A DNA stretch of 64,000 nucleotides from Ramazzottius varieornatus (Eukaryota; Animalia; Tardigrada), in assembly GCA_001949185.1 (NCBI GenBank), contig BDGG01000001.1, positions 7,638,149 to 7,702,148 on the forward strand, given 5' to 3'. Below the pieces are notes generated by a model. That model saw only the letters and a program-made list of their open reading frames with translations, did not search any database and was not told the origin of the DNA. How positions within the stretch are numbered: position 1 is the first letter of the stretch; every line of letters starts with the position of its first letter. The translations under genes and the position numbers were made by a program. Shown here one piece after another: positions 39,599-60,795 of the stretch.

Positions 39599-40157
39599 CG
39601 CAATCTATATAGTGACTTTCATGGTTTCACCGTCTCGCCCGCCAGCAAACGTGGCAATCAACCGAAAAATCAAATCCGAATTCTGGGATCGGCGGGATGT
39701 CTTTTGTCCTGTACATGCATGTACATTAGCAAAGCCAAGAGCTTCCCGATGCTTACTCCCGGATACCTGAGGAGGAAGCTTAAAAACGACGCAACACTAC
39801 CGGCTTCCTGAAAGAGGAAATCGACGATCGCAATATAGAACCGGTTTTAGTCTTTGGTCTTGGCCCATTTTAATAGCCAAGACCATCACTCTTTTCAAGT
39901 TCGACTGTCGAAGAGAAAGTTCCGGGTTCGTCCCTTCTGACAAAATCATCGCACATTCACAGTTTACACTGAGATGTGACCGACTACAAATTAATCTAAT
40001 CCCAACTGAAACTTGCGCGAATTTAGGAAGGAAAAACAAAACTATATTATTCATACTACTATTTAATATCAGATAATTCTGCCGTCAAGGCAAACTCATG
40101 GCTCAGACAATAAATTAACGGCCTGAATGTAGGAGTGCAGAATACCTAGGGTAATAT

Positions 40158-40653
40158 TCACCTTCTGCCAAACCCGGTGTCAACTACATCGGGTTGAATG
40201 GCAGGAGTATCAGCTTGTTGGACGTTTTCCTCAATTTCTTGCCTGCTCATGAGCTGGAACTGCTGGTCGTTGACGGCCTCCTCGAAGACTCTGCCTTGCG
40301 CGCCTGTCGAAGTTGCAGATAGCTCGTCTTTAGAAAGCTCTTGAGCAATCGCGAGGTTAGAACTTCATACCTTTGTCAATGCAGAGGTTGATTCCAGAAA
40401 AGAAAGGGTTGCACTTCATGCCGAGATTCAGCATTAAGAGATCCTCCACCGATATCCCGTTCATGGCGGCCACGACTGCGCAGCTCTGACCCTCCTCCAC
40501 GTGGTGACGCCGCGCACAGGGATCTTCCTCGTCGGCAATTTGGTCCGGCATCGACACCTCTTGCTGTGGAGTCTCTTGCGAAGCCGAACATCTTGCACAA
40601 AACAGACAACCTAACGCCACACTGAGGATAACCGTGGATAAGTTTCCAGCCAT
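40158..40653 (-). CDS. Small secreted LysM-domain protein (Cys-rich LysM type)
   Basis: Signal peptide MAGNLSTVILSVALGCLFCARCSA, then LysM CARRHHVEEGQSCAVVAAMNGISVEDLLMLNLGMKCNPFFSGINLCI. The gene either ends at 40357, or a 67-nt intron (40370-40304) joins an open exon ending ..DTGFGRR* at 40158. Confidence 0.75.
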
Positions 40654-41127
40654 AATGTACAGCCTTAGTTTCCGGCAGATCGATCCTTCGAGTCTTCCTC
40701 GAACTGTGAAAGCCGTTGCAAACTGTTTCGTTCTCCAGCTCAGCTGTGACAGCTTTTCTAAGATTTACCGTAGTTTGTTGAAAGCGTGAGATAGCTTCCA
40801 GCAACAACCGTGAGATTACACAGTAAGAATCTCTTGAAGGCATCAACCCGGAAGTCAGCACCGCGGCTTGTAATTTTACTGTCTAATTTTGAGCTGCCGT
40901 AGAGAATCAGTGTTAATCTGCTGCGTGAACAGAGCGGGCAATAAACATTCAAGAATTTCTGATAAAACTGGACAATACACAAAATAAAACTAATCGAACA
41001 GGCAAACATCGCTTTTGGAACTGTAAAACTAAGATTTTGGATAAAACTTGTAAAAGATTAAAAGCCATGTGTTACCGAATTACCGGATTTGGCTTCCATG
41101 AGCGCTATAAAGTGTCGCGCAAGAGGC

Positions 41128-49452
<8,325 letters not shown>

Positions 49453-50395
49453 CTTCAAAATTCAGGAGAAATTCTTCACGGCTGCAACAGGTTGCTGAGA
49501 TTCAGAAAACTGACCAAAGAGGATCTAATAGAGAAAAATCGATATTTTCAAACATGCGTGTTTACAGAATCAGACAAGAAATACCGTAGTGAGAAAAGTA
49601 GCTTGTGGATTGTGTACAGAATATTTACTTGCTTTTCCTGCATTGTGCCACATTTTCTTTCGTCGTTTCCGAAGGGCAAACGTCTTGGCTATGAAAGTGA
49701 CTGGTCGAGCGGGTCCCATTCCGATTATGTTATGGTGTCATGAGGCTTACAGCTAATAAATTCCTTTGCGGCTTCTGCGCTTTACTACCAGACCTACTCG
49801 AACAGCGGTATATACGTAGAGGTGAAGCACGAGCTCGACGGATGCTCACTTTACCGGAAGTTCAGACCATTTCAACGTCAGTTGTCACTGTTTTCAGCGA
49901 GAAAGAAATGCCGCATGAATACGTAAAAAGTGCGAGTGCGGGCCGCAGAATAGGTTATTGTTGTTTTCTGATAAATACCACAGTAAACCGATCTCGAAGA
50001 TGACTAACTGCTTACTTCAAAATGTCGACCGCATCTTTCTGCGGGCCTTCGTGGTTTGTGAAAGCGAAGACCCAATTGCCCAATTTGGGCTGGATTACCA
50101 GGAGGACGACGGATCGAAGGTCTTCGGGAAGTCCCCTCGCTAAAACTTATCCCAGCGGTTTATATATGGTCATTCTTGGAGAGGAAAGAAAAGCCCCTTG
50201 TTTGAGCTCGCTTTCTTCGTCAGTAGTCTCAAGACCAGACTAATTCAGGTAGTGTCGATCTATCCGATGTCCAACGTCTAGTGGATCATCTTTTTCCAGA
50301 ATGGAGAACACTCGACCTTGATACCCTTTTTACCTTCCGAAAGGTTTCCTCGTAGAGAAACTCTCGAAACTGGTGTTGACATTCGGCAAAGTTTC

Positions 50396-52058
50396 TCACA
50401 GGTTTGATGTTGACCCTGACTTTGACTCATTGAACCAAAAGCTCACAGAGAAACTAATCGAAAGACTACGGATGAAATGCCACTCTCGCGGTGGTATGTA
50501 CAAAATATCCCCAGGCTCCAGAATATATTCATAGAAAGAAGCTTTTTCAAAAGCGGGAAACTGACTTAGATCAGGGTTTTCGACATCCACCTGGCTGGTG
50601 TTGTTCAACATACCAGGCGCATGCGGGTATAAAAATTCTGTCTGCGACTCCGAATACAGCCTTACGTATTTCTCACCCATCACTTGACAAAGAAAATTAT
50701 GCTTCGGATCGTAATGTAAAGGCGAAACGGTACCTTCCGGCCCAAACCACGCATTCATGTCCGGATCTGTAAAAACACACGGTTGATTCATTTTCCCATG
50801 TTATAGTAAGATCTGGGACGTAGGCAAATGACAAATCGTTTTCCGAGGTAGCGCACACCCTCAGCCGATGATAATGACAATGTGCGCCACTTCAAGCATT
50901 AATCTGGTTCAGTTCATTCGTCCACGTCCCACATTCAAGAAGGAGTATACCGTCATCTCCGCAAAATGCTATGTAGTCAGGTGGGGCAATGTCTTCCTTT
51001 AGAACCGGTGCTTGGCTGAAGAGGTCGTGCTGAGCGAGGTAAGCAATCTTGTGTTCAGGGTTGTCCTTCATATAGATGTACTTGTCGATGAAGGCTCCGA
51101 TTGTCATGAGTTCTTGTGTCCAGTCGTCATCAGTGTAACGTCTTCCGATCTCCACAGGAACAGTTCGAGAGCCGCAGAGCTGGCGGATGTACTCGGGCGA
51201 CCACTTCTCAAGAGCTGGCCAGTCGTCCATGCAGTGCTTTAGAACGACCGAACGTTTCTGCCGGAAGTGGAGGTCTTGGAAGTCCGACAGGTACGGCTGG
51301 CACACTTCGGGAATCAGGTACTGAATAGAAGGTCTTAAGGAAGCTTTAAGCCTCTTCAGCGGAGCCACCGAAGATTCCGGAGTCGAATCAGAAACTAGGA
51401 ACGGTCAAACGGACGAAGACCACGTTAACCATAACCTCTTCTACGTTCTAACAATAAGCAGCGTACCGCACTGTACTGCAACGCACTGTGACCATGTACT
51501 GTGTCAGTACCGACTACCTCGCGCATGATATTAGTCCTGAACCGCAAATATATCATATTTACTATGACGTCATGCGTCGCACGTGCGAATACCCGCAAAA
51601 CTCAATTTAGCTACCTTACTTTGCTTCGTTTGAGACTGAATGAACTCTTCAGCGTTTGAGATCGTCCTTATCAGAATTCCATTCCACACATCACCGCCCA
51701 TCAGGTGTCCCATGTCACAGAGCTTGACGATGTCGCTCCAGACGGTTGGACTGTCCATATTGCACCGGAAGTAGCTGACGGCTTTCATCCAAGACGCGGC
51801 CGCGTACACCTTGTGCCAGTTGCCGTCAACGCTTGCCCATTTCCCTGTGTTCAGCTCTTGCCAGGCGTAGAGAAGAAGAGCCTCAGAATCTTCGAGAGCG
51901 ATGTTGGATGAGGTAGAGAAGTCCAGAGTAGCGTCCAGCGTCTTCTGGCACTGCGCTATGACGGTACGGCCAAGAACTTTTGGATCGAGAATATCCAAAG
52001 CGTAGTCCGTCGCATCGCCGTCTCTCACACAAAGAATCTTCTTACCCGTGGCCAACAT
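50396..52058 (-). CDS. KDM8: JmjC hydroxylase KDM8/JMJD5
   Basis: [13 protein letters not shown]-terminal motif; [39 protein letters not shown]; [44 protein letters not shown] with an intact HxD..H metal triad. Confidence 0.93.
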
Positions 52059-52321
52059 CCCTCGATCATTCAGATTCCTCCGACACGGCGGACACGGTCA
52101 TCCAGCCTCATCCTTAAATTGACCTTAACTTGAGCTCTTGCAGTTTTGCTTTGCCAAATTGCTATAATCATTATAATGGTATGATATAGGCTGTTCAGCT
52201 GTTGCAGTGCACCAGAGTTACGAGTACACGCGCCTGGCCTAAATGTGGGGATGGACAAAACTGTGGGGATGTGATTTCCGAAACAGCGGCTCCGCCAGCT
52301 GTATTCGTTTACGGTTAAAAC

Positions 52322-52764
52322 TAATGACGAGCATTACACGTAGATAGTCCGTGTAATGTAAATTGTAATGTAAAATAGTGTAATTGAAAAAATGTTATCA
52401 CATTTTACACCAGTTCATATTTTACACACCGGGCGGTTAAAAGTGGTAGGGAACGACAAGAACGATAAACCAGCTATGTCTGCGTTTGCATAAAATATAG
52501 ATTTTACTAATTGTCTTCCAGAAATAGATGAAAATACGGTTACAAAATGACCATATTCAAGAGGTTTCTGACATTTTCGCACGTAAGTTAGCCAAATTTT
52601 AGATTTCCAGCGGCAAAATACTCAAAATACCGGAGATTTTGGCTTTTCAGAGTTGTAATTACATTTTACATTTACATTACAACTTTCCGGTGGTTGTAAT
52701 GTCGTGTAAAAGTGTAATTGTAATGTAAAATGTAATGTAATGCAAAATATAATGCTCATCATTA
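52322..52764. mobile_element. hAT-type MITE, family 3, copy 1, nested in the outer pogo
   Basis: TIR TAATGA(C/T)GAGCATTA. Perfect 8-bp TSD gttaaaac (52314-52321, 52765-52772). Many TGTAAT/ATTACA subterminal repeats. Confidence 0.9.
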
Positions 52765-53093
52765 GTTAAAACAGAACTGGCTGCCACCACACGTTGCCGC
52801 TTTATATCCTGCGCGACCAACCGAACGTTTCAACGACTTATCAAGCTCTCCATGATAGTCGAGGTCGAAAAGCAAGCTCCGCCACTTACATATCCATCTG
52901 AGTTTCAAACCGCGGAATAAATTTAGATTTTGGCCTTATTTGACCTGCCTGTCTTTGAAGCGATTGATAAATCAGCTTTAACGGTCTTTGATCTCGTTCT
53001 TTTCTGAACGGCCACTGGCAAGTCAACTTGGACAGCATTCGGTTTCCCACGTTTCTTCGGTACTTTGACTGCAGCTTCCGAAGGTTTACTTTA

Positions 53094-54874
53094 CTGTATT
53101 TTTCCGATATTTTCGCGCATCACGTCATAGGGCCAGTGTTAAAAGCCCGTGCACAATTCAGCAAGATACAGTTGATTGATTTGATTTATGAAGATGGTAC
53201 CGCTGTGCAGTTCTACGAATTAGGATTGATAATAATTTTTTCTTGTCATTTCGTTGTTCAGTGGCAGATTGACTTCTTTGATATTTCTCAGTGTTTGAAA
53301 TCATGCAGGACATCAGTAATCATAACAGCTATACGGTTGACGAAGCCCAAAGACATCTAGAGGCATTTGCTAAGTGGAATGGAAGTTTACGGAGTTATGC
53401 GAAAGTTGTTGGTGTGTCGGAATCGACGATTCGCACTTGAAAGTAAGTCTGTTACTTCTGACAAATGATGCTTGAAAAGGGCAAACGACGTATTGTTTCC
53501 AGGAACGGAAAACTACCGCTGAGTAAGAATATCGCTAAGAGGAAAGAAATGTATCCAGCGATCGAGCGAGAAGTCTTTCATCAATTCGGAGAACGGATAA
53601 AAGAGGGGAAGCCGACTACTGATCGTCACGTTCAAACGATGGCTCTTGCTGCTGCCTCCCAGATAAAGATCGAAGGATTTAAGGGTTCATCAGGTTGGGT
53701 GACGAAGTGGAACAAACGATTCAGGATCGTATCGCGACCAATCACTAAAGTTGACCGCAAGACAACGCAGACTGAGGATGACGTGGCATGTAATAATAAT
53801 GTCGTTTCGTTCATGACGTCAGATAGTAAATGACGTAATGTGGACAGTTGCCCATGTTCTGAAAATTATTTGTGACGTCACAAATATGTGAAACTTAATC
53901 CTAGGTTGTTTGTAGAAAACAGAGGAGAGCTTTCTGTGGCGGATTGAAGAGATCGTAGCAGTTCTGGAAACGCCGTATTTTCAGATAATGAATATGGATC
54001 AGACGTCTGTGAAGCTTACACGTACAAGAAAACACTATCCCCAGTTGGCGTGAAGCAAGTAAGAGTAATCCAGCTACCGGGCGATCCCGATTGTCTCACC
54101 GTGACGCTTACCGTTTGCGCCGACGGCACAAAATTTCCTGCGACGATAATCTTCAACGGTAATAAGAAAACTGGCAGGCTGTCACCACGAATCCTGAACA
54201 ACCTAGTCGTTCCAGAAAATATCAAAGTCTACAGTAATGCCTCGGGCTGGTGGAATTCGGATCGCTTCTGGCTGGCGGAAACATTCGAGAACTGTAGTCC
54301 CGGTAGTTTTTTGATCCGTGATCGAGCTCCTGCTCACAGCAAGATTGCAAGTGACTTCCTACTTAACGAGATGGGAATCCGTCAAGTTTTTATTCCAGCT
54401 GGCTTGACTGGTACATACCAACCACTGGACGTTGGTGTCAAATTCCCCTTCAAAAGCTATCTGAAGCTTTCCTACCATGATTGGCGTGATAGTCATACTG
54501 AGGTGACGAAAAGCGGCTACCTTAGAAAACCCAACCGGCAAGACTTTATCGATTTTGTTTCCGGTACATGGGAAAAGGTGAAAGTTACTACGGTTGAAAA
54601 TTCTTTCGTTGGCGCACAGATTGTACCAGAGCCTCTTTACATGATAGCTAATCCTGAAGAAGCTTCTGAAGTAGATAATCTGGACGATACTTTCGACTGC
54701 AGCTTCAGCTCGGTGGAGGATTCTTTCACGGAGGCGTAGAGTTTACTTGATTTTCAGTGAAATTTGTATCAATCTCAGTTGATTATTGATCAGTGAAGAT
54801 TAAAGCTGTCGTAGTACCGGGGTGTTTTTGACGTACCAAGTCACGTGCTGCGCGAAAATATCGAAAAAATACAG
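53094..54874 (+). mobile_element. pogo-family DNA transposon (inner), CENP-B HTH + DDE_1 transposase, probably decayed
   Basis: TA|CTGTATTTTTCCGATATTTTCGCGCA.. / ..TGCGCGAAAATATCGAAAAAATACAG|TA. ORF pieces FKGSSGWVTKWNKRFRI (HTH_Tnp_Tc5-like), NMDQT, DRAPAH and YQPLDVGV. Stops upstream of 53465. Confidence 0.9.
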
Positions 54875-56876
54875 TACTTTGCGACTTTTAAAGCCTGTCG
54901 GGCGCGATTTTGTCCCTCGATCACAGGCCACATCCTTCATCGGTGAACTTCCCTTAGTCAGCCCCGGCAACGCAAGAGCGCCTTGAGCCACCACCTCTTT
55001 GGTTGCAGTTGCGCGAACTGTTTCAGGTGAGAAGGGGAATATTCCGGTATTCTTGAATCCGCTTCTCAGTGAGGTTTCGAAGTCAGAAGAAAGCCTTGAA
55101 GTTTCCTGTGTGCAGAGCAATGCCAAGTGCTCGGCAGAGAAGTTACGAGTCATCTGAAGGCAACCAATTTTTTAGAAAGCTTAGTCGGGCGTTGGAATCT
55201 TGAAGGAATGTAACTTACTTCAAAAGTAGGATCGAGACGTCTGGAGGCCGTATAGTTATTCCACTTCACGTCCATACATCCGGACGCACAGTTATCCAGC
55301 GGCTGCAGCTTATCCGTTTGTCCGGCAGGGGGACAGATGAATTTAATGTCCTTACCAGAATCCCTGCACAACTTGAACAGCTGAGCGTTATTGACGTGGC
55401 TGTAATGACCATCGCGAAACACAACACACTGGAAAACAATGGAATTGGATTGAAATTCAAACAGTTAGCTCACACCAAAGTGATATATTCCAGAGGGTTT
55501 ATGATTTTGATGATGTGCAACACATAATACCTTTTGAGGCGCGTTCGGCAAGATTACTTTACGGAGGTAATCTGTTATCATGTCGCAGTCCATAACTCCC
55601 GAAGCGTTTACAGCGATGTATAACTTGCCGTCAGTATCATCAAACATGACTCCATCGAAAAAACCAATGGCTTATACATCTTCCCGGCAGCAGCACCACA
55701 AAACAAAGTGCTGACCGCGTCCCGGGTAGTTCCGTCAGTAAACGAAGAGAATTCCCCTAGTTGCGTAGACTTTCTCCTTCTCAAACCCCAGAATAAAACC
55801 CGACTCTTCAAGGTTTATTATGACAGAAGGATCCGAGAGTTGTCTTTCGATCTGGAGGCGACTCAGCAGGTTGACCCAGTCTTCGGCATATTCTGCGGTC
55901 CACTCCCGGGCCTTTTTCCGATCTACATTGGATGCCATACGAACAAATCTTTTTTCCATGGTCACGCATGAAGGGACGATGCCACTTCTCATAGAAGATT
56001 GTGCCAATACCTGTTAAGAAACGCAGAACTTGTTTCACTGAAAATTTGTCAGGAATAAATCAAAAATAAACCTTTGCCAAAGCCCATTTCTTCCATGAAA
56101 GCGCAAATCATGCTTGATCATGTTCACCAGTAGAGCCTCTTCTGTCTTGTCCAGCTTCGTTGGTCGGCCCTGCTTCTGAGCCATCGGTGATCTTCCATAA
56201 CTATCGATAGTCATGCAAGGAACACCAAACGTGAGCGAAGCTTTCCGCACTGTCATCCCGTTGGCCACTGCACGAACTGCATCCCTCAGACTTTCTTCCG
56301 TGTACTTTCGGCGATTCTTGCTCTTGAAACCTTCCCATAATTTTCAGTTACTCCGGATCCGTTAAATCGAGATTGAAAGAAGGATTCACGAAGGAATACA
56401 TGTACGTGTAGAGAAGGACAAATGACACTGGCCATTAAAAAGTGAATTGCGGACTGTTCAATTACTGACGTCACACGACCAGTTTCTGGATCGATGTAAT
56501 ATTCTTTGCGTTAAATTGCCGCTACTCCGTGCTGCCCACATTTTTGTCCATCCTCACATTTAGGCCAGGTACGTGTGCAGAAGTACTGTAACTTAGTACA
56601 CCCCACGTCCACTCGGCCACCTTTGTGCCAGACAGCCAGAGCCTTTCCCTTCCATAATTATTTACTCCCGCTCTAAAGCTCATCTATGAGTACTCAGACA
56701 AACAGGAATCCTTCACGGAATTTACGTCCTTGCTGGGTCCACTTCCTAAGTGCGGGAAGATACTGCTGCACGATCCGGCTGGGACAGTCTGGCAGCAGAC
56801 TGCTTGCGACGGCTACCAGGGCGAGGCCACCGGCCTATCTTGGCCACGAATATGCCCCAACCGGAGCAGTATCGGG

Positions 56877-58490
56877 TAAGGATGGGCATTCCGCCTGACC
56901 CCGTCTCCCTGGAAAGGAATTCCGAGAGGAATTTCTCTCATTCCCATTTTCCTATTTTCCGTTTCCGAAACTGCCCACTTCAGAAGTCGGAATTCCAATA
57001 TCGCAGTTTAAAAATTAGGAGAACTAAAGGAAGACAAGTTCTGCATGCTGAACGAGCTTAACACTTGATATGTCGACGGCCAGAAGGAGACTATCTAAAT
57101 TCACAGATCATTAGCGACCGGCGATTTGCATCCGAACAGATCCTCAAGGTGAGAAAACCACTACGCGGGCCAACATTAACAACTTTGCTTGGATTTACTG
57201 TTAAATCTCGTTCAAATCGACGACAGAAATGCCCTACCCGTACATTTCTACCCACGACCATGGATAGTGTTTACGGCGTACATATGTAAAACCAGCTGAT
57301 TGCTGGTTACACGCTTACTCCCCAGTCCGGGCAGCCTTTCTATGAGCAAGGCGGACGCAATATGCATCATTTCTGAAATTCTAGCTTCGAGTTGTGATTC
57401 TCTTGCCTTTTTTTACGTTTGAATTTTTCGAGGCAATTCTTCGCTTGTGAGTATGCATACAATATCTTCAGTAACGTGCCATTTGTCGTTGTGCTGCGCT
57501 GCAGAAGGTGGGGAGGTGAACAACTGGTCCTGTGTATCAGGAATTCACGGGGCTGCGAGGCAACGTCTCCGTGCATATATCGCAGCAAAGCGTCGAGAAG
57601 TTTGAAGCAAGGAATGTACATCAGAACTGCAACACCACCTGGCATGAGCGGAAAATGGCAACCTCTTGACGTTAGCATAAATAAGTCGTTCAAAGAGGCG
57701 TTCAAGGAAGAATGCAGACACTGGCGACGCAGTAATATCAGCTTCACCAACTCTAGAAACCTAGGAAAGCCTGGTAAGGAGTTCGTGAGTTTTGTTTCCA
57801 TCGCGTGGGACAAGATCAAGCCGGATGGTATTGTGAACTCTTTTTACGCAGCCCAGATTCTTCGCAAGGACAATAATTTCGAAACGTGACTGTTGGAGAG
57901 ACTGTCGAACAAGATGATAATGTCTTGGACTGTAGTTTCTTCAACGAAGATCCTTTCTTAGCCCCTCCTGACGAAAGGCAGCAAATAGAATTGAATGAAG
58001 AACTTTAGATACACTTGCTTTGTGAAGTGGCGCACGGTTCCATTCAATATCCCCGCGAACGTGTAGCACTTGGATAGAACGATCCGGTCGAGTTATCCGA
58101 GCTTTCAGTTGTTGTACAATCGGTATGAATGACGTCAAGCTACGCTGTACAGAAATGTTTATAGAGTGTGTGTAACCAGCAACCAGCTGGTTTTACGTAC
58201 GTAGGCCGTAAATACTATCCATGACCCTGGGTAAAAATGCGCGGGCAGGGAATTTCTATCGTAGAGTTGAATGAGCTGATGAATCCCACAGCGAGGGCAT
58301 GTGTTACCACACCAGATTTCGAAAAAGTAGAAATTCCACTGTAGAAAATCCGAAAAGCGGAATTCCAGTCTGAGGCTTATATTCCGATTCGGAATTCCAC
58401 CCTTCCAAATCGGGGCGAGACGAAACGGAGCGGAATTCCTATTTCCAGGCGAAATTAGGAATGGAAAGAAAAACGGAATGCCCATCCTTA
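56877..58490. mobile_element. hAT-type non-autonomous element, family 4
   Basis: Perfect 17-bp TIR TAAGGATGGGCATTCCG/CGGAATGCCCATCCTTA. Perfect 8-bp TSD gtatcggg. GGAATTCC subterminal repeats. Confidence 0.92.
57259..58223. mobile_element. TIR element nested in the family-4 hAT element, carrying a pogo DDE_1 C-terminal fragment
   Basis: ~54-bp imperfect TIR CATGGATAGT(G/A)TTTACGGC..AAAACCAGCTG(A/G)TTGCTGGTTACAC, with an apparent 2-bp TSD (AC). The internal + strand reads GMSGKWQPLDVSINKSFK..AWDKI..IVNSF. Confidence 0.7.
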
Positions 58491-58757
58491 GTATCGGGAC
58501 GGGAAAGATGGCATCATGGGGCAGTCATGATCGTCCAGTGGGACACTGGCGACAGGGCCCAGTCACCAGTAGCGGAAAACTGTGCGTCTCTTGAGCGAAA
58601 GGCACGGTGTGCGGTCCGATCCGCGTGACCAGCAGTAAAGCCGCAACGCGACTATCATAACCACAAGTGCGCTAACAGTCCAAATTATTTCCTGGTCAGG
58701 AGACATTGTTAGACTGTCTTACAATACTGAGAAGGCCTATGTCTATGGTGCGCATAT

Positions 58758-60795
58758 TAATGATGAGCCTTACATTTTGCATTAAAATTACACTTTTACA
58801 CGACATTACAACGACATTACAACCGCCGGGAAGTTGTAATGTAAATGCAAAATGTAATTACACGTTTACAGCTATACTCTTCATTAATGTGACACCACAG
58901 GAACTATCACGAACCGAACTCATGTGGGGTAACTGAGAGCGAGTACTGGGCCGAGCTGGGCAGAATAGTCTGCCACACTCATTTCGCGTCGTACCCCCTC
59001 TTTATTTTGCACGACCACAAAGGTCAAGTTTGACACCACACAGGTCAGCGTAAGGCCACACAGTTCCCGTTCAAGCCACACGGAAAAGAACTCAACGACA
59101 GGGAACCAAACTCAATCCGAGAACCGTTAATTCATCGTTAAATTTTCTATGACTAAGAGCACTAATCACAATTACATAAATAATTGCAGCACCGAGTAGA
59201 GATAATTTAACCGTTTAACTTTGCTAAGCCGACAACTCATCAACAAAAGCGAGAGGGCTGGTGGGAAGAACAGACCAAAATAGCGTAAAACCCATCTTCC
59301 GCTCAACACGCACACAGCAATGAGACGTTCTTCCTTTCTCTCCACCATACTTGTTTGTACCCATGTACCCAACCGTGCTTGAGACTGCTTGACCACTGTA
59401 TCCTTTTCTCGCTTCCTCTCAAAGTCCGCCAGTTACGTCAGCCAAAGAACTACACGAAACGCTGATTACGAGAAGCTGTAACTGTACACCTCACGGCGTA
59501 AATCTATATGTTACAAGCCGAAAATCTGTGGTGTGTTTGAGAGTTTTGCCGCGAAAAATCTAAACCCGGCTGATTTACGTGGGACAATTGCGAAAAACTT
59601 CGAATATCGCCATTCTTTAAGCTTATGTCTATTGCAACCCGTATTTTTATCTATTTCTGGAAAACGATTGCACAGAACTATGTTTTGTGCAAACGCAGTA
59701 ATTGTTGGTCTGACATTTTACTCGCTCCATATCACTTTTATACGTTATAAACTACTCGGTTTGTAAAATGTAGACTGGTGTAAAATGTAATTAAAACTAC
59801 AATTACACCATTTTACATGAAACTCAAAATAATTACAGCCATGCACAAAATGTAAGTCAATTTGCGAAAGCATAAAGGGGACCGGTAGTACCGGACCCCA
59901 AAATAATAAAACAGTTCAAATCAGCTAAAAATCTCGGTTATTGACATCGACAATAGGATAGATCTCCTCCAAACCTTTATGACTAGAAAAGGTTCCGAAA
60001 ACAGAGGCAGCATTACCACGTTGAATATCTATACTAAGCTTTTGCTTCACAAAAGAGAGAGGTCTTGTTTCGGCGGCGGCTTCTGCTATTCTTTTGCCTA
60101 TCTGCTGGATAAGGCTGGATGCTTCGTTCCCGCAAGGACCGAAAGTTTCGAACGCTACTGGACAGAACAGGTAGCGACCATCCAGCTCGCGGTACTTGTG
60201 TCTCTTGAGCTCTTCCGCCTTGTTGGCGGCATAACCGAGCTGCCCCGCTGATCGTCGCAGGTACGTTTCTGCAAGAGTGTCAACACAGGTTACATCCCAG
60301 ACAAGAGCCTTACCTTGTTGCCACGGAATGAGCGTCAGTCCGTCAGGTCGTTTCTGGTCGTCCCTGAGGATCCCGTTGGGCTCTAGAACGTTCGGGACTT
60401 TACAACTGATGAGGGCACGGTGGAGGGAGTCATTCAGAGCGGAATGTCTAGAATGACGTCCGGTACTCAACTGACAATACAATCCGTGGCGCCCCAGCTC
60501 GTCGACAAGTTAATTGCAACGACAAACATGGGGCTCACAGAGCCTAGCCCCAAGACGCAAACCAACTGAGATGCGAAACGAGTTGTCGTCCAGCAAATTA
60601 CCTAAAACAGAAATGGGTAACGCATTAAGCCATGCTCCTGAGTCCTTGGCTGATACGGCAACTAGTCTGGCTCTTTCTGCTTGGGAACTAGCATCCAGAA
60701 AGTTTTGGTAGTGCTGGTCAACTATCGGGATGTCCCACGCCTTCTGCGCTGATTACAATTTACAATTTACATTCTGCGTGTAATGCTCATCACTA
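58758..60795. mobile_element. hAT-type MITE, family 3, copy 2, expanded by internal insertions
   Basis: Ends TAATGATGAGCCTTA / TAATGCTCATCACTA, TSD gcgcatat/ccgcatat. Subterminal sequence is homologous to 52322-52764 in inverted orientation. Confidence 0.75.
59819..60750 (-). mobile_element. 5'-truncated non-LTR retrotransposon with restriction-like endonuclease (CRE-like)
   Basis: SGAWLNALP..LRLG..CEPHVCRC..HGLYC zinc knuckle, RH..LN, RPDGLTLIPW..LVWDVTCVDT, K..KY, P.AFETFG, QRGNA. One in-frame stop, and the RT domain is absent. The 3' boundary is approximate. Confidence 0.85.

Larger units (their letters stand above)
52227..56575 (-). mobile_element. Degenerate pogo/Tigger-like DNA transposon (outer element) with two nested insertions
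   Basis: ~43-bp TIRs CACGCGCCTGGCCTAAATGTGGGGATGGACAAAA.. / ..TTTTGTCCATCCTCACATTTAGGCCAGGTACGTG, with TA on the left. Minus-strand fragments of HTH (MTVRKASLTFGVP..GRPT) and DDE_1 (DGHYSH, LQPLD, SGFKNTGIFPF) contain stops and frameshifts. Confidence 0.85.

Noticed and set aside
39181-39603. 140-aa ORF of X residues
   Set aside because: Artifact of the N gap.
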